Shown: one piece after another, positions 12,975-26,797 of the stretch
Layout: every line of letters begins with the position of its first letter
Position numbering within the stretch: the first letter of the stretch is position 1
Source: Eledone cirrhosa
Lineage: Eukaryota
Length of the DNA: 64,000 bases
Reading direction: 5' to 3'
NCBI GenBank assembly: GCA_964016885.1
Contig: OZ024743.1
Coordinates: 55,242,001-55,306,000 of the forward strand
Notes under the pieces: generated by a model
Seen by the model: only the letters and a program-made list of their open reading frames with translations
The model's database searches: none
Told to the model about the DNA's origin: nothing
Position numbers and translations under genes: made by a program

Positions 12975-14598
12975 AATGTCAAATATTGAAGGCTAATGGG
13001 AGGCAGATTATGCAAAAGAAACGAAAAAGAAAAGGAACTTTCTGTTGTTGAATCTTTTCGTAGCTATGGTACACGTGTCTGTGGAATGCTCTGCTACTTG
13101 AATATTAATTTCACGAACAGGCTGTTCGTTTTTTTTTAAAAATAATTGGAACAGTCGTCGTCGGAACGACGGAAAGTCGAACAAGTATGTATGTAGAGGC
13201 GCAGCTTTATCGGAATATCTTCATATATTTATACGCATGTGTATATGTATGTGTGTATGAGTATGTGTATATACGTCTATCTAAGCTGATATATCTCAAT
13301 GAATACAGTGTATGTACATGTGTATATGCATTTGTGTGAATGTATATTTGTATATATGACTACCCTAAACTTATATATCTCAGTAACTGCATGTGTAAAT
13401 ATATATCCCTGTTAATATGTAGCGATTATAAAACGAGATAATCTCTTCTGTATAGTCGTTCTCTCCACTTATCACACTACTAATCTATACTCTCTGATGT
13501 CTGTTACACTTTAAACATGCTTTTCTAATCCCTCCCGTCTTAATAATCGGACATTTTAGCAGCAATCTGTAACAGCTTTCCGGTAATACTTTGAAAACCG
13601 ACATTTTGCTTTAGTTGATCATTTGTATGTTCATATGTTTTATATGTTAATGTGTATGTTAGTTTGTATATTTGTTTTAGTTGTTCGTTTTATGTTTGTA
13701 TGTTTATATGTTAGTATATTTGTGTATTTGTTTCATTCGAGTTGCTTCTAAGCTTCATTGCTGCCAGATACAATATGTCCGATAGATTCTTGAACATCAT
13801 TTCTTTGACCTCTCGCCTTGTTTCGCTTTCTTTCCGACAACTTTGACACGAAATAAAGACAGGAAAAACACCATCTGCCCTAAAATTGATTTCTGCTTGT
13901 CAGAAAATTTATCATGGCTTTTAGTAATTAATATCTAATATGGATTTATTGAAATCTACGACATTCTTTCTGTATTTGACGTATATATATGGTAGTTCTT
14001 TGATTAGTAGTTTTTACTTACGATAGAGTTGTTAGGGTGTTCGGTTCACGTTCGTAAAGACATGTGTTCGATTCCCTGACCAAGCAGTGTGTTGTATCTT
14101 TAAGCAAGACACATTATTTCACTTTGCTCTTAATTACCCAGCTGTAAAACCCAATTTTGTCACACACTGTCATGTGGAAACTCTCTAATGGTTACATATT
14201 GTGTGCCCGTGCCTGAGCAATACTCAACCACATGAATAATAATTTCATGTTCAGGCTTTCCGTTGATTAAGGAAATGAATACTCATAGACGAATCTAACG
14301 GAACTTTAACAACTACGTTAGAGAAGATCTGCTTCCTTAGTTATTTATACTTACAACAGTACCTGATCCTCCTTGATCCAGTTTCGATATTAGTTTCGTG
14401 GAAGACATTCCAATATATTCCATTTCACCACTAAAGCCTTAAGAAACATATGAACGTTACACAATCGCATTACCGTCTCATTTGCAAACCTTCTGTGGAA
14501 TACTCAGCCACACTCACGTTAATTTCACGAATCGGCTTTGTTGATCAAAACACTGGTACACTCGTCGTCAAACCAGCGACATTCTTATAAGCACACAC

Positions 14599-14653
<55 letters not shown>

Positions 14654-15062
14654 ACACGACACACACACACACACACACACACACAGCACACACACAAGCA
14701 AGCAGACAGTCATGCAGATTAGGAACGCTTTTAAGTATAAAGATAATAATTTCCTATACTTAACATTTTTGATTGGGAACGAACTCATACACTGTGTTTT
14801 ACTCGGGCATCACGTCCACTTGAAGTCATATATATGTATACAGTCAATAGTGTACATACAGACAGATAGACAGAGAGAGAAGGGTGGGGAGAGATAGCGT
14901 GCAATTTGCTCCACCCATAAAACCTAACGTACTTTGGAGTAAAAAAAACAACTCACGTATACATATTTGGTGTGTAGAAAGTGGGACCGCAGAGTGTGGC
15001 CACTTTATATACGTGTGTTTGCTGTCGTCAAAGGCATATGTATATATATATATGTGTGTGTA

Positions 15063-15093
<31 letters not shown>

Positions 15094-15269
15094 GTAACAT
15101 ATATATGTACATAAATATACACATATATGTACATATACGTAATATATAAGCATATATATGTATATATATGTCTATATATAGGCATATATATCGTACATAC
15201 ATATAATATATATGGATTATATATATATAATATATATATATACTTATATAATTTATATATATATATATA

Positions 15270-15469
15270 NNNNNNNNNNNNNNNNNNNNNNNNNNNNNNN
15301 NNNNNNNNNNNNNNNNNNNNNNNNNNNNNNNNNNNNNNNNNNNNNNNNNNNNNNNNNNNNNNNNNNNNNNNNNNNNNNNNNNNNNNNNNNNNNNNNNNNN
15401 NNNNNNNNNNNNNNNNNNNNNNNNNNNNNNNNNNNNNNNNNNNNNNNNNNNNNNNNNNNNNNNNNNNNN
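15270..15469. other. Assembly gap (200 N)
   Basis: Run of N next to a (TA)n tract. Confidence 0.99.
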
Positions 15470-15644
15470 TGCTCTGGTTGAACAGTGTGCTTATATTATG
15501 TGTGCATTTGCGTGTGTATATGTGTTTGTTGTTGTACGTAGTGAGTTACTGCGTATGTGAAAATATGAGTGTGTGTGTCCTATACAGCTATGTATTTTTA
15601 TATTCACACACACAGAAATAATATGTATAGGTAATATATAAAAT

Positions 15645-15694
<50 letters not shown>

Positions 15695-15792
15695 ACACAC
15701 ACACACATAATATATATATATATACATATATATATATATCAGCCGTACTAAGAGTGAGAAATGAAATTTCGTTTCATTCTGTTCCACTTATA

Positions 15793-15853
<61 letters not shown>

Positions 15854-15933
15854 TATATATAAATATATTTAAGCATATAGGTATATATACGTACATACAC
15901 AGACACATATTAATGTATGTGCCAGTGTGTATG

Positions 15934-15983
<50 letters not shown>

Positions 15984-16424
15984 TGGGTGTGTATTTATTC
16001 ATTATGTGAATATATGCATTATGTTCGTTCATATTTCGAGCCTCTCTCGTCGTTCTATCCTATAATTATTTTGCAGTACACAATAGTGTCAGAAAGAAAC
16101 AAGATGGCTACTGTAATGACACATCGTTATTATCTAATTCGGTTTGGCTACTTTTGGCAGCAGCGAGACATCGGCCAACCTTTACCAAAGATATGGAAGT
16201 TGCTGCTGCCATTACTCTATAATTATTCTATAAAAGACAATAAACAAAAACAGGATTAGATACAAGAGACAATTCATAACTATGGCACGAATATTTAGAT
16301 TATAAATATATGTAGCTTTCTTTGTGTCTTTATGTATTGGTATATATATTAGTGTTGGCCTTTACTGTGAGTTTATGCGTATATGTCTATCTATGTATGT
16401 ATATATGTATTCATATATATATGC

Positions 16425-16486
<62 letters not shown>

Positions 16487-17487
16487 ATATTATATATACA
16501 TATACATATATATATATATTATATATACATATACATATATGTATTATATATACATATATACATATATATATTATGTATACATACATACATATATATATAT
16601 ATATATTTATTTATATATATATAATTATATATATATGTATATATATATTTATATGTATGTGTGTATATGTTTGAGTTTAGGAAATATATGCCTGACCCTT
16701 TGTGTGTGCGTCTATGTGTTTATATATATAAGTGTATGCATGTATATTAGAGTTTTGGGAATGAATGCGTGTGGCTATATCAATGTGTGTATGCGTCTAT
16801 AATCAACTTCGACTTTTATATTCGTAATTTTCATCCAACTTTTATATTCGCAAATACACACACATAAATGTATTGATGTGTGTATGTGTGTATTTTGCAT
16901 GTATTTATGCGCATTTGTGTAGAAGTGTATATATATTTATCAGTGTGTGAACATATATCTTGTCAAACCCCGCCCGCCTGACCGTCGGACCGCCATCCTC
17001 ACAGGGGATAGTTATAAACTGCACAAGACAAAATCCTGTGGTTTTATTGTCATAAGTTAATATCTCTGCTGCCCGTCTGGCGTTACACTATATCTCCGAA
17101 CACGTGTGAATTATTCAATTATTATTACTCTGACAGAAAACCGTCTTGCCGACGGCTGATGGTAATGTTTGCCTGATCCGGGACACTAAACTCTACTGAA
17201 CCATCAGATATTGTAAATTGTGGAAATAATAACAGCTTTCACTTACTATAAACGATGTCTACTGTATAGTTAAGATGCTGGAGAGGGAAGTGATCAGCCA
17301 TTTTCGTTGGGTTTGGGTTTGGGTATCAGATACTTTGTGAGTTAAGGTTACATTTTTGGGGGTTTGGAGGCCAGGGCTGGGGTTAGTTTTTAAAGTATGA
17401 GTAGGAGGGCAGGGTGGTTAGCATTTGGGTTGGAGTTGGAGTAATTTGTTGTTAAATTGACAGGAACAGAATATATGTATAGATATA

Positions 17488-17547
<60 letters not shown>

Positions 17548-17627
17548 GTAATAACAAAATAACAAAGCAAACGGCACAGTACATGGAAGAAATATATTAG
17601 TTTAACGCTTGAAACTGCAGGAAGAGA

Positions 17628-17665
17628 GTCTTAACGTTTCTGGCACTATCCATTCATCAGAAGAC
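17628..17665 (-). ncRNA. Minimal type-I hammerhead ribozyme motif
   Basis: Minus strand: GTCTT-CTGATGA-ATGG ATAGTG CCA-GAAACGT-T-AAGAC. Stem I pairs 5/5 and stem III is the palindrome ACGT. Confidence 0.7.
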
Positions 17666-17764
17666 AGAGTTAAAAATACAAGATAAATAGAAAGTGAAGT
17701 ATGATGAGAGGAAGGAACGGGGAAAATGAGAAAAAATTGGAGAGGAAAAAAATACACGTGCGCA

Positions 17765-17813
<49 letters not shown>

Positions 17814-17842
17814 AAAATTAGAATTGGTGCTCTGAAATAGCG

Positions 17843-18147
17843 ATATATATATGAATGTATATATAGTGTATTTTGCAATACACTGTATACTTAATTAAAA
17901 GCATTTTGAAGACCTTACGCTATTGTTTTAGAGTAGTGACAGTCTCACTTACTTTAAATTTTCAGCAAACAGTACGAAATTTCAGTACGAAACAGAGCTC
18001 TGTCAGCTTTATCTCCCCTGTTTGCTGAAAATTTAAAGTAAGTGAAACTGTCACTACTCTAAATCAATAGCGTTAGGTCTTCGAAATGCTTTTAATTAAG
18101 CATACAGTGTATTGCAAAATACACTATATATACATTCATATATATAT
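17843..18147. repeat. Inverted repeat, ~130-bp arms (17843-17972 / 18018-18147)
   Basis: Arms are reverse-complementary with a few substitutions. The spacer contains a duplicated CAGTACGAAA. Confidence 0.9.
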
Positions 18148-18406
18148 ATATATATATATATACATTCATATATATATATATATATCATGCACATCCCCAA
18201 CATCATCATCATTTTAAGTCCGTTTTACCCTGCTTGCAAGGGTGGGGCGAGTCCTCTTCTGCACAGCATCTCTCCATTCGTCACAGTCGCTCGTCATCTG
18301 CTGTGTGAGCTTCAACGCTCTGAGGTCAGCTCTCATCACCCCGCCCATGTTTTTAGTAGTTAGCCTTGCAGCCAAAGTGTATTATAAAGTTATATCTGTA
18401 TACATA

Positions 18407-18818
18407 CAGAGTGGGTAAACGGGACTGCACCAATGTGTGTATAAATAAACATATATATTTGATTTGTCGGTATATGAACATGCCAGAACATACGAATTTC
18501 CCTGAAAATTGAAAAAACCATAAACACCTTTGATTGATTTTCAGACCTAATTAGGCCCTCATCAAAGGACTTGAATATCATCCAAACAACCACAAGAAAA
18601 TATGTATTTGATGGGCTTATATAATTTCCATATAATTAGCGCCTGTGTCGGTTATTAATTAAAGTATATATTAAGAAGAACGCTAGCAGCCGAAATGTAT
18701 GATAACGTTATAACTGTATACATATATCCGTCTTTTCTGGCATGTTTACATCCTTACATATTAGATATGTGTATATTTATATATATATATATTGGTGTAG
18801 ACTGAATTAACCACTCTA
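18407..18818. mobile_element. Old Tc1/mariner-like MITE with ~100-bp degenerate TIRs
   Basis: TA-CAGAGTGGGTAAA..GACTGCACCAAT..AACATGCCAGAA is mirrored by TTCTGGCATGTT..ATTGGTGTAGAC..TTAACCACTCT. Confidence 0.55.
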
Positions 18819-18940
18819 CATGTGTTTGTGTGTACGTGCAAGGGAGTGTGTTCGTATGTACGTTTGGCATATAACTTCAAACAGGGATTTTAAAAGGCAA
18901 CCCAAATGGTTGATCACATAGTAAAATTACAAATTGGCAT

Positions 18941-19021
<81 letters not shown>

Positions 19022-19071
19022 AAATAAAGTTAAATAAAAAGTCAAATGTTTTAAATTTAGCTTCGTTTATT

Positions 19072-19126
19072 ACTGCTATATATATTTCAGTGACAGCCAT
19101 CTTTGGCTGTGACCTCTTCAGGCAGT
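19072..19126 (-). ncRNA. Minimal type-I hammerhead ribozyme motif (intact core)
   Basis: Minus strand: ACTGC-CTGAAGA-GGTCACAGCCA AAGA TGGCTGTCACT-GAAA-TATATAT-A-GCAGT, followed by AATAAA and then a (TA)n/(TG)n tract. Confidence 0.8.
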
Positions 19127-19675
19127 CCAAATTAGTGTGGTATAGACAAGTACATATGTTGTTGAGGTGTATAATTTTGTCAATACTCTGATATGCCCAG
19201 TTCCTGGTTGGGTTGTTATTTCACTGAGGAACTGGAATCATATGAATTCAAACAAACGAATTTCAGTGTCAAAGGGCCTCTTCTCCTCTCATTGGTCAGT
19301 TGTTAGAACGAACATTCCTCATTCTAAGTGTTGTTATTGTTGGAGTTAGCTTAAAAAATTGATAAAGTGGTAGAAGGGACAAGGTGTTAATGGAACAAAA
19401 TAACAAAAAAAGTGTCAAACTTCCCATTAGTCAGTTCTGAGAGCATTCCTCAGTCAGAAGTCTATAGAATTCTTCCTGGGGTGAGGCTCCCTGTAGTGTT
19501 TGTGTTTGCTATTGTTAAGTACATTTGACCTCTACCATTATTTTGGTAGTGTTGTTGGTGTTGTGGTCAGCTTATGTCTTGCACTTCGTCGAGTGCTCCA
19601 GCCTGCATACTGAGGTGTTGGTATACAACCAACATATACTCAAAATCTCTCTCTCTATATATATATATATATGTT

Positions 19676-20230
19676 GGCTGCCAACTCGTTTTCGAGTACG
19701 GCCACTACTTTATATCCATGTAGCAGAATCCCTACCGATGCGCTGAACGAGTGTGACTTTTTAGTCCAGCCAGCGATTTGAAAACTCTGGTACAAACACT
19801 ACACCTGTGACAATTATTGACACATAGTGCTGTGCCCATGGTACCATGTGACGACAAGTGCTTAGAGATCTCCAGATATAAAGTAATGCCTGCGCCGTGA
19901 AGCTTTTATAGTGAGCAAAGGCACTTCACAAAGCCAGTCCCACTCTCTTAACCAAGATGATATTTACCAAAAAGAAGAACAAGTCAACATCATTGGATAC
20001 CATCAGAGTTGCAGGTGTTATATCAGAGTTTTCCTTCTCCTAGAATTCTGCCTTGACAAAGGCTAAGGGGTCATCTCTCCCGGTGATTTTGGATGGCCAT
20101 TGACTCTTAAGAGCTCCTTTGGCTTTTAACAGGTTTTGTTTTTAGTCCTACAGGATGTCCAAAGTCACCCTCCTCACCAAGAAACCTTGGTGGGGTTGCC
20201 AGTTTAGTCGCCAACGACCCGACCATGAGA
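19676..20230 (-). mobile_element. Bipartite RTE-derived element, slightly 5'-truncated
   Basis: Reverse complement of 6325-6875, flanked by (TA)n and (CATA)n. Confidence 0.85.
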
Positions 20231-20252
20231 CATACATACATACATACACATA

Positions 20253-20611
20253 TGTATAATGAAGAATGTAAGTCGTTAGATCAGAAGGCATTAAATAGAC
20301 AAACTCCATTACAAGTATGTACTTCATTTATTCTTGCTTCACACTGTGAAACTCAATTTTGCCTGTATTTCCATGTGTGAGATACGACAGGATATGACGT
20401 ATCGAAGAATCGACGTTTTGACGATAGCAGATTTTTCTGGAGACTGGTCTTCTGTCTTAACTTCCCTTCTCTGGTCTAAGTAGTCCAGTTACTTGTATCA
20501 CTACGCCGAAGGTTTTGATTGGCTCACACTTCAGCCAATTTACTTCCGTAAAATTTTTCTTCCGCCGAAGGAAAATACATTTAATTACAAAGGATATATA
20601 GTACTGCTACA
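20253..20611 (-). repeat. Gypsy 3' LTR (359 bp, TGTA...TACA)
   Basis: Starts right after the PPT with TGTAGCAGTAC, ends CATTATACA and contains AATAAA. Its first ~50 bp recur at 24488-24536. Confidence 0.8.
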
Positions 20612-20866
20612 TCACCACCTGCTTAGGCTTAAAGCCGACAGAGAAAAAAGTGTAGCAGTTGCAAGAAAAAAAAATATAACAGTAAATATATAATAAACAA
20701 TATCAATTCACAGAAAATTAAATATTCATTTCACAGGAATGTCTGCGTTTTGCTTCAGATAAATACAAGAGAGGACAAGAACTAAAAAAGCTTGCTCTAT
20801 ATAGCATAGTTCATATATATAGAATCAATCCTGCAAAGCTTCTTGGGCCAATGTACTCGGTGACCA

Positions 20867-23800
20867 CTACGTGATGGTGACATATGTAGGAGTAGAAGGT
20901 GTGTGCAATGTTGCATATGTAGCGTGTGTTGGCTGATGCAGAGTATATGTAGGGGGAATATGGGGCTCTTGTGTGAGAGTGTCTGTAAAGGCCCGCTTCA
21001 CCCTATCGATGGATACAGTCTCTTTTTTACCACCAATGTCCAGAGTGAACAGTTTATCTGTGCGTGCAAGCACACGATAAGGACCGGTATAAGGTGACGT
21101 GAGAGGAGCTCTCACGGCATCCTTCCGTAGAAAGACGTGGGTCCACGAAGCAATGTGTTTCGGGACCGAAGACTTTATTGTCTGTTGCCGAGGGTTCATA
21201 GACGGAAGATTGTCAAAATAAGATTGCAGTCTGTTCACATACAGAGCTGGATCTGTTTCAGGTAAATCCGTTGGGGTCAACATCTGACCCGGCAAAGATA
21301 TAGGTACTCCGTAAACCAGTTGAGCTGGGGAGTATCCTAGATCCTCCTTGATAGCTGCACGACAGCCAAGAAGAACAATTGGTACATACGCGCTCCATTG
21401 CTGTTGATCCGGATAAGCGCGCAATGCAGCTTTCAATTGGCGGTGGAAGCACTCTATCATTCCGTTCGAAGCTGGATGATAGCTAGTCGTTCGGATGCGC
21501 TTAATTCCCAGGATCCTTAAAAGTTCTCGGAAGAGATGGGACTCAAACTGTCCACCACGGTCTGTGGTGACAGTGGTTGGAACTCCGTAACGCGATATCC
21601 AACCCGATACTAGAACTCGCGCTACAGATTCCGCCGAAATGTCACTTAAAGGAATGGCTTCAGGCCAACGTGTGAAGCGATCAATACAGGTCAGGAGATA
21701 GGTAAATCCTTGGCTGATCGGCCATGGTTCAACGAGATCTATATGGACATGACTGAACCGAGCGTCTGGAGTGTTGAAAGTTCCGAGGGGTGCGCGGATG
21801 TGTTTGTGCACCTTTGACTTCTGGCAGGACAAGCAGGAACGTGTCCAGGCAGTGATGTCACGCCTCATATTCGGCCAGAAGAATCTAGCCGAAATGAGCT
21901 TCACTGTGGTCGATATTCCAGGGTGTGCTAGACCGTGCAAGATCTCGAAAACTGCACGACGATGAGTCGCTGGAACTAGAGGACGAGGTGAATCCGTCGA
22001 GGTGTCACAAATAATCTGTGTGTCCGAAGTGGGCACAAGTTGATATGAAAATTTGCCAGATGCAAATTCAGGAGACGAAAGATCCAAGGTGTCCAGGGTT
22101 GGCTGTTCTGTGGCCATCCGTTGAAGGTCAATATCCGAAGGCGATGACAGGGAATTGATTGGGAGGCGAGACAAGGCATCTGCCGCCGCATTCTGCTCAC
22201 CGGAGATGTGTCGGATATCGCTGGTAAATTGCGAAACGAAGTTCAAATGACGGGTTTCACGAGGTGAATATTTATCCGGCTTAGAACGCAGTGCGAAGGT
22301 AAGCGGATGATGATCAGTGTAGATCGCAAATTGACGACCCTCCAGTGAATGCCGAAAGTGTTTCACTGCGAGGTACATAGCCAGGAGTTCACGGCCGAAC
22401 GTGCTATATCGTGTCTCTGCCGGTTTCAGTAGTCTCGAGAAGTATGCGAGGTTGTAGTTGTTGTTGGTGATGCTGTTGCAAAACTGCACCTACAGCTGTG
22501 CCCGATGCATCAACGACCTGTGAAAACTGGGCACCAGACACAGGATGTGCAAGCAGTGATGTCTCCGCGAGTTTCTGCTTCACTTCGTTGAAGGCTTTTA
22601 GCTGACTCGTGTCCAGTGGATTCATTTTTCCTTTTCCTGTTACGTAACAGGTCGGATAAAGGAGACAGGAGATCCGCACAGTGTGGGATAAAACGTCTGT
22701 AGTAGTTTAGCAGACCAAGGAAATGTCCTAGCTGGCGAAGTGAAGTGGGTGGGTGAAGGTCTTGCAGAGCTTTCACTTTGTCAGGTAGTGGTGAGATTCC
22801 CTCAGGGCTGATAACGTGGCCCAAGAAGACAAGTGAAGACGCACCGAAAACACATTTCGCTAGGTGGATTCGCACCTGATACTGCTGAAACCGCTCAAAC
22901 AGTAGACGGAGGTGAGTAACATGTTCCTCGGGCGAGGCACTTGCTACGAGAATGTCATCAATGTAGTTATACACGAAGTCCAAATCGCGCACAACTTCAT
23001 CCATGAAACGTTGGAAATACTGGCTGCGTTTCGCAAACCGAAAGGCATAGTCAGAAACTCGAACGCTCCGAAAGGAGTTGTTACGGCAGTTTTAGGTATA
23101 TCTGCCGGGTTCATTGGAATCTGGTGGTAAGCCTTGACCAAATCCAATTTGGAGAATGTCTTACATCCATGAAGCGAAGACGCAAAATCTTGTATGTGTG
23201 GGATCAGGTAGCGATCGGGTACCGTCATTGCGTTTAACCGGCGAAAGTACCCAGTGGGACGCCAATCACCGGAACGCTTCGGAACCTAATGCAAAGGAGC
23301 GGCCCACAGACTTGAGGATGGGCGTATGATCCCCAGCTGTAGCATGTGGTTAAATTCAGCCTTCGCTGCTTTCAATTTCTCCGCAGGGAGGCGGTGAGGG
23401 CGAGAAAATACAGGAGCGCCAGAAGTTTCAACATAATGTTTTGTGGAGTGAGTAGGCTTGCTCACCACAAACTTCAAATTTGTCAATTCCGGGAAGGAAT
23501 TTAGAAGTGACTGGAAAGGGTCCTCTGAAGCGGCGATGAAGAATACCGGGCTGATAGATGAGACAGTAGATTTCAAACCCAGAACGGAGAGTTCCGTATT
23601 AGCATCAACAACCGGCGTCTGCGCACATCCACTAAGAGGTTATAGTGGTGTAGGAAATCCGAGCCTAGAATAGGGTAAGGCAAATCAGCGACCGTGAAAA
23701 TCCACGTGAAGTCTCTTCGCAATTCCAGGTTCAAAGAACGAGAAATTTGACCATACGTGGAGATAGGAGAATGATTTACGGCTTGCAGAGAAATGGATGA

Positions 23801-24340
23801 AACTGGCGGCTTCTCTTTGAGAAGTTTTAGCGGCCATATGCTGCAAGCAGCGCCTGTATCCACTAGACATCGAGCTTGGGAAAACGTGTCAGTTATAAAG
23901 AACGCACGATTATTTGGGAGCGTCAGAGGAGACTGTGCCGTGCTCAGGTCTCCTGAAATCCGTTTCCCTGGATGGAAAACTAACAGGGCTGTTTACAAGA
24001 GCGTTCCGCCGCGCGAAAACGGCTGTGGTACTAGCACAGTCCTGGCTTGCTTGTGTGGCGGCGGCGTGGCGAGGACGAACGGCTCTGGAAGCGACGTCTG
24101 GGCGATTGAGCCCTGGAGGTACTCAATTTTCTTGAAGTATTGCCACAGACGCAAGTGAGTGATCGGTGTGGGACGGCAGTTGCTGGAGAGAACGAAGAGA
24201 CCGCAGCCGGTGGCTGAGGTGCAGCATAAGAGGCAGGGTTTCCAGTGAAACTTATAATTTTGTCGGCCGAAGCCGCTAGCTGGTCAACTGTGGTAGTCTC
24301 CATCATAGGCGCTAAAATCGCATGAACACCGGGCGGCAGA
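20867..24340 (-). pseudogene. Gypsy gag-pol remnant (frameshifted)
   Basis: Protease [48 protein letters not shown]. RNase[30 protein letters not shown]. Integrase HHCC zinc finger, HIDLV, TDRG.QFES, NGMIE..H and GPY module. Confidence 0.93.
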
Positions 24341-26516
24341 GAGGAAAATGTTAAGAAATGTCAGAAAGGAAAATGTTAAGAATGAAAAAAAAAATGTTCT
24401 TATATTTTTCAAAAAGGCGTTGCCTTTATATCAGAAGACGTATAATGGCTATTCTTAATATATATCCTTTGTAATTAAATGTATTTTCGCCGAAGGAAAA
24501 TACATTTAATTACAAAGGATATATATTACTGCTACATATGTACACATACACATATGTACTGTATATGGTTAGGATTTTTTATGGGAAAACTAGTAAAATA
24601 CAAATTAAAAATTATAATGAGTAAAATACTGCTGTTAATAGGAGAGCTAAATTTATCGATGAGAATAGCTTCTTGATTCGTTAGTTTCCGTTGTTTCGTT
24701 CAGAGACCTCTATGCTAACTTTGATATCTTAGGTGGGGCATTTTTGTAGGTTCTTTTTTTAAAACAGAAGAAGCACTCGTGTGGATATATTCTTTAATGT
24801 ATCCAACATGAAATAGCTTTTCGTATGTGTACCTCAAACGGAAAGTTATTTTATGTTGGATAATGATATGTGATGTACTTCATCTTATGTAAAGACTCGT
24901 GGCTTAAAGGTTATGGTGTTTGGCTCACGATCGTAAGAAGACAGCTTGGATTCTAGATGGCGCATTGTCTCTTTGGGTATTGAGTAAATAATATTATTTC
25001 ACGTTTTCCCAGCCTATTCAGCTGCAAAAAGACTTGTGGTAGTAATTCAAAGGACTAGTATTTCCATACAGTGTGTCACGCTAAATCCCATGATAATTGC
25101 ATTTAGGGATCAATTGTATTAAGAATGCTCAGCCATTTGCACGTTAATGTCATGATTAGGCTGTTACGTTGTTCGGACAACTGAAAAATTGTGTCGTCGA
25201 AGCCGACAGAGGTCCAACACACCTCATCTGGATACCATCACGTAATATCGGCTGTGGTGTATCTGGGAGTCTCACGCTAACAATTGAGCAGAACAAAGTA
25301 AGATGTTATGAGACTGTTACATGTCTAATTTCTATTGCCATGCCATGAAATCATAGAGATGCAGGTGGCGTATAGCATTTAAACATGGTGGAACCCTTCC
25401 CTTCTCTTTCTGATGTTGAATACAGCCTATTTCTTCTAGAGAAACAGACACAGAGAAAGGGAGAGGGGTGAGCTGTAAGTGAGAAATAGATTGAAGAAGA
25501 ATCAAACCATGTATTGGACTGGTAATATATTTATCGACTTCGAAATTATGAAATTCAAAGTTGATTTCGGTGGAATTTGAACTGAGAGCACAAAGGTCGG
25601 AAGGAGCAACTCGAAGCATTTATCCGACTCTGCCAATTCCTTGCTTTAATAATACATACCAATAAAACAATAACATCAGTTCCAGCAGTCAGGAATAAGA
25701 TAGATAGGAGTGTTGTCAAGAAGTTTTGTCTGTCTCTTCCATGGTAACCAATTACCTGTGCCGTTAGAATATTCTCAATAGAACCGCCATATCAACTATC
25801 CAGCAAGATCTTTCAGCGTCCTGTCGTGATTCTGCCAACGGCAACAAGACAACATGCAAAATGTCAAGATGGCTTCCGTTGTTCATGTTAACCTGGCATT
25901 AATAGACACCGCTGTTTATGACAGATGAAAGAGCGAGGTAACCGAGAAGCGGTTGCTTCGTTTGTCACCACATAGACGGTGGGGAGGGTGATACTTCCAA
26001 TATTTTGTTCATTGCTCTAACTCTTGTTGTTGTCCTTTTGTTCCAAGTAAATTTTCATCAAATAGACCTATAATCATAGGCATTTTTGCCACGACAACCC
26101 CGTCTTCTTTTGTCAAGGGAATGGAAGATAACAAATTACCGGGATTTGGGTAACTCCGTCCTTTGTGAGCCGGTTTCCATCAAGACCTCCAGTGTCCTTG
26201 GTCTCCGGTCTGCTATTTTCGTAGGCAGAATTGGGAAGGGTACATCACGCTTGAAGAATAAGCTCCTTTGTGGAGAAATGGCTCTCCTCCACAGTCATGT
26301 TTTCACCATCTTGTTCATGGCTTGCAGCTGAAATGTTCCACATAACCAAAGATATAAAGTCTACCCACTCTCTTTCTTCCCTTTAAAAAAATGCTTACTT
26401 TCTCCCCTTTTCCTTTTTCTATTTTCTCTCTCTTCTTATTTATTATTTGTTCAAATAAATAAAATATTCTTGTGTAGTATTTACACAAAGTTTCTTTTCC
26501 ATTCTGAAATGTCTAA

Positions 26517-26797
26517 TGTCTGTCTCAAGGCAGGTGGCTCGTCAAACCGGTGCTTATCCTGGTTTCGTGGCCTGAAGCGACTGGGAATAAAAGACTCCTC
26601 CTGGACAGGACGCCAGTCCATCGCAGGGTTAAACCCCCAGTTATTTCTGCTATTCATTTTAGCTAAATATACTGGAGCAACATGAAATGAAATGTTTTGT
26701 TCAAGAACACAACATACAACCCAGCCCAGGAATAGAACCCTCGACATTATGATCGTAAGTCTAACACCCTTACCACTAGGCCTCGGGTCTCCACACA
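26517..26797 (-). mobile_element. tRNA-derived SINE with a V-domain-like segment
   Basis: Minus strand: GGCCTAGTGGTAAGG (A box), GGTTCTATTCC (B box) and AACCCTGCGATGGACTGGCGTCCTGTCCAGG. Confidence 0.6.

Larger units (their letters stand above)
20253..24536 (-). mobile_element. Ty3/Gypsy LTR retrotransposon, decayed, 5' region rearranged
   Basis: Protease-RT-RNaseH-integrase order, PPT-like AAGCAGGTGGTGA (20612-20624), an intact 3' LTR and a ~50-bp stub of the 5' LTR at 24488-24536. Confidence 0.9.

Noticed and set aside
16074-16259. Possible exon after TTTTGCAG with ATGGCTACT
   Set aside because: No recognisable protein and no donor site; compatible with chance.
16971-17462. TG...CA-bounded segment with GGGTTT/GGGTTA motifs (solo LTR or telomere-like)
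   Set aside because: No TSD, no second copy, and too few degenerate motifs to support a call.
24395-24440. Hammerhead-like motif (-) in the Gypsy filler
   Set aside because: The core reads CTGATAT rather than CTGANGA, and stem III is not palindromic.
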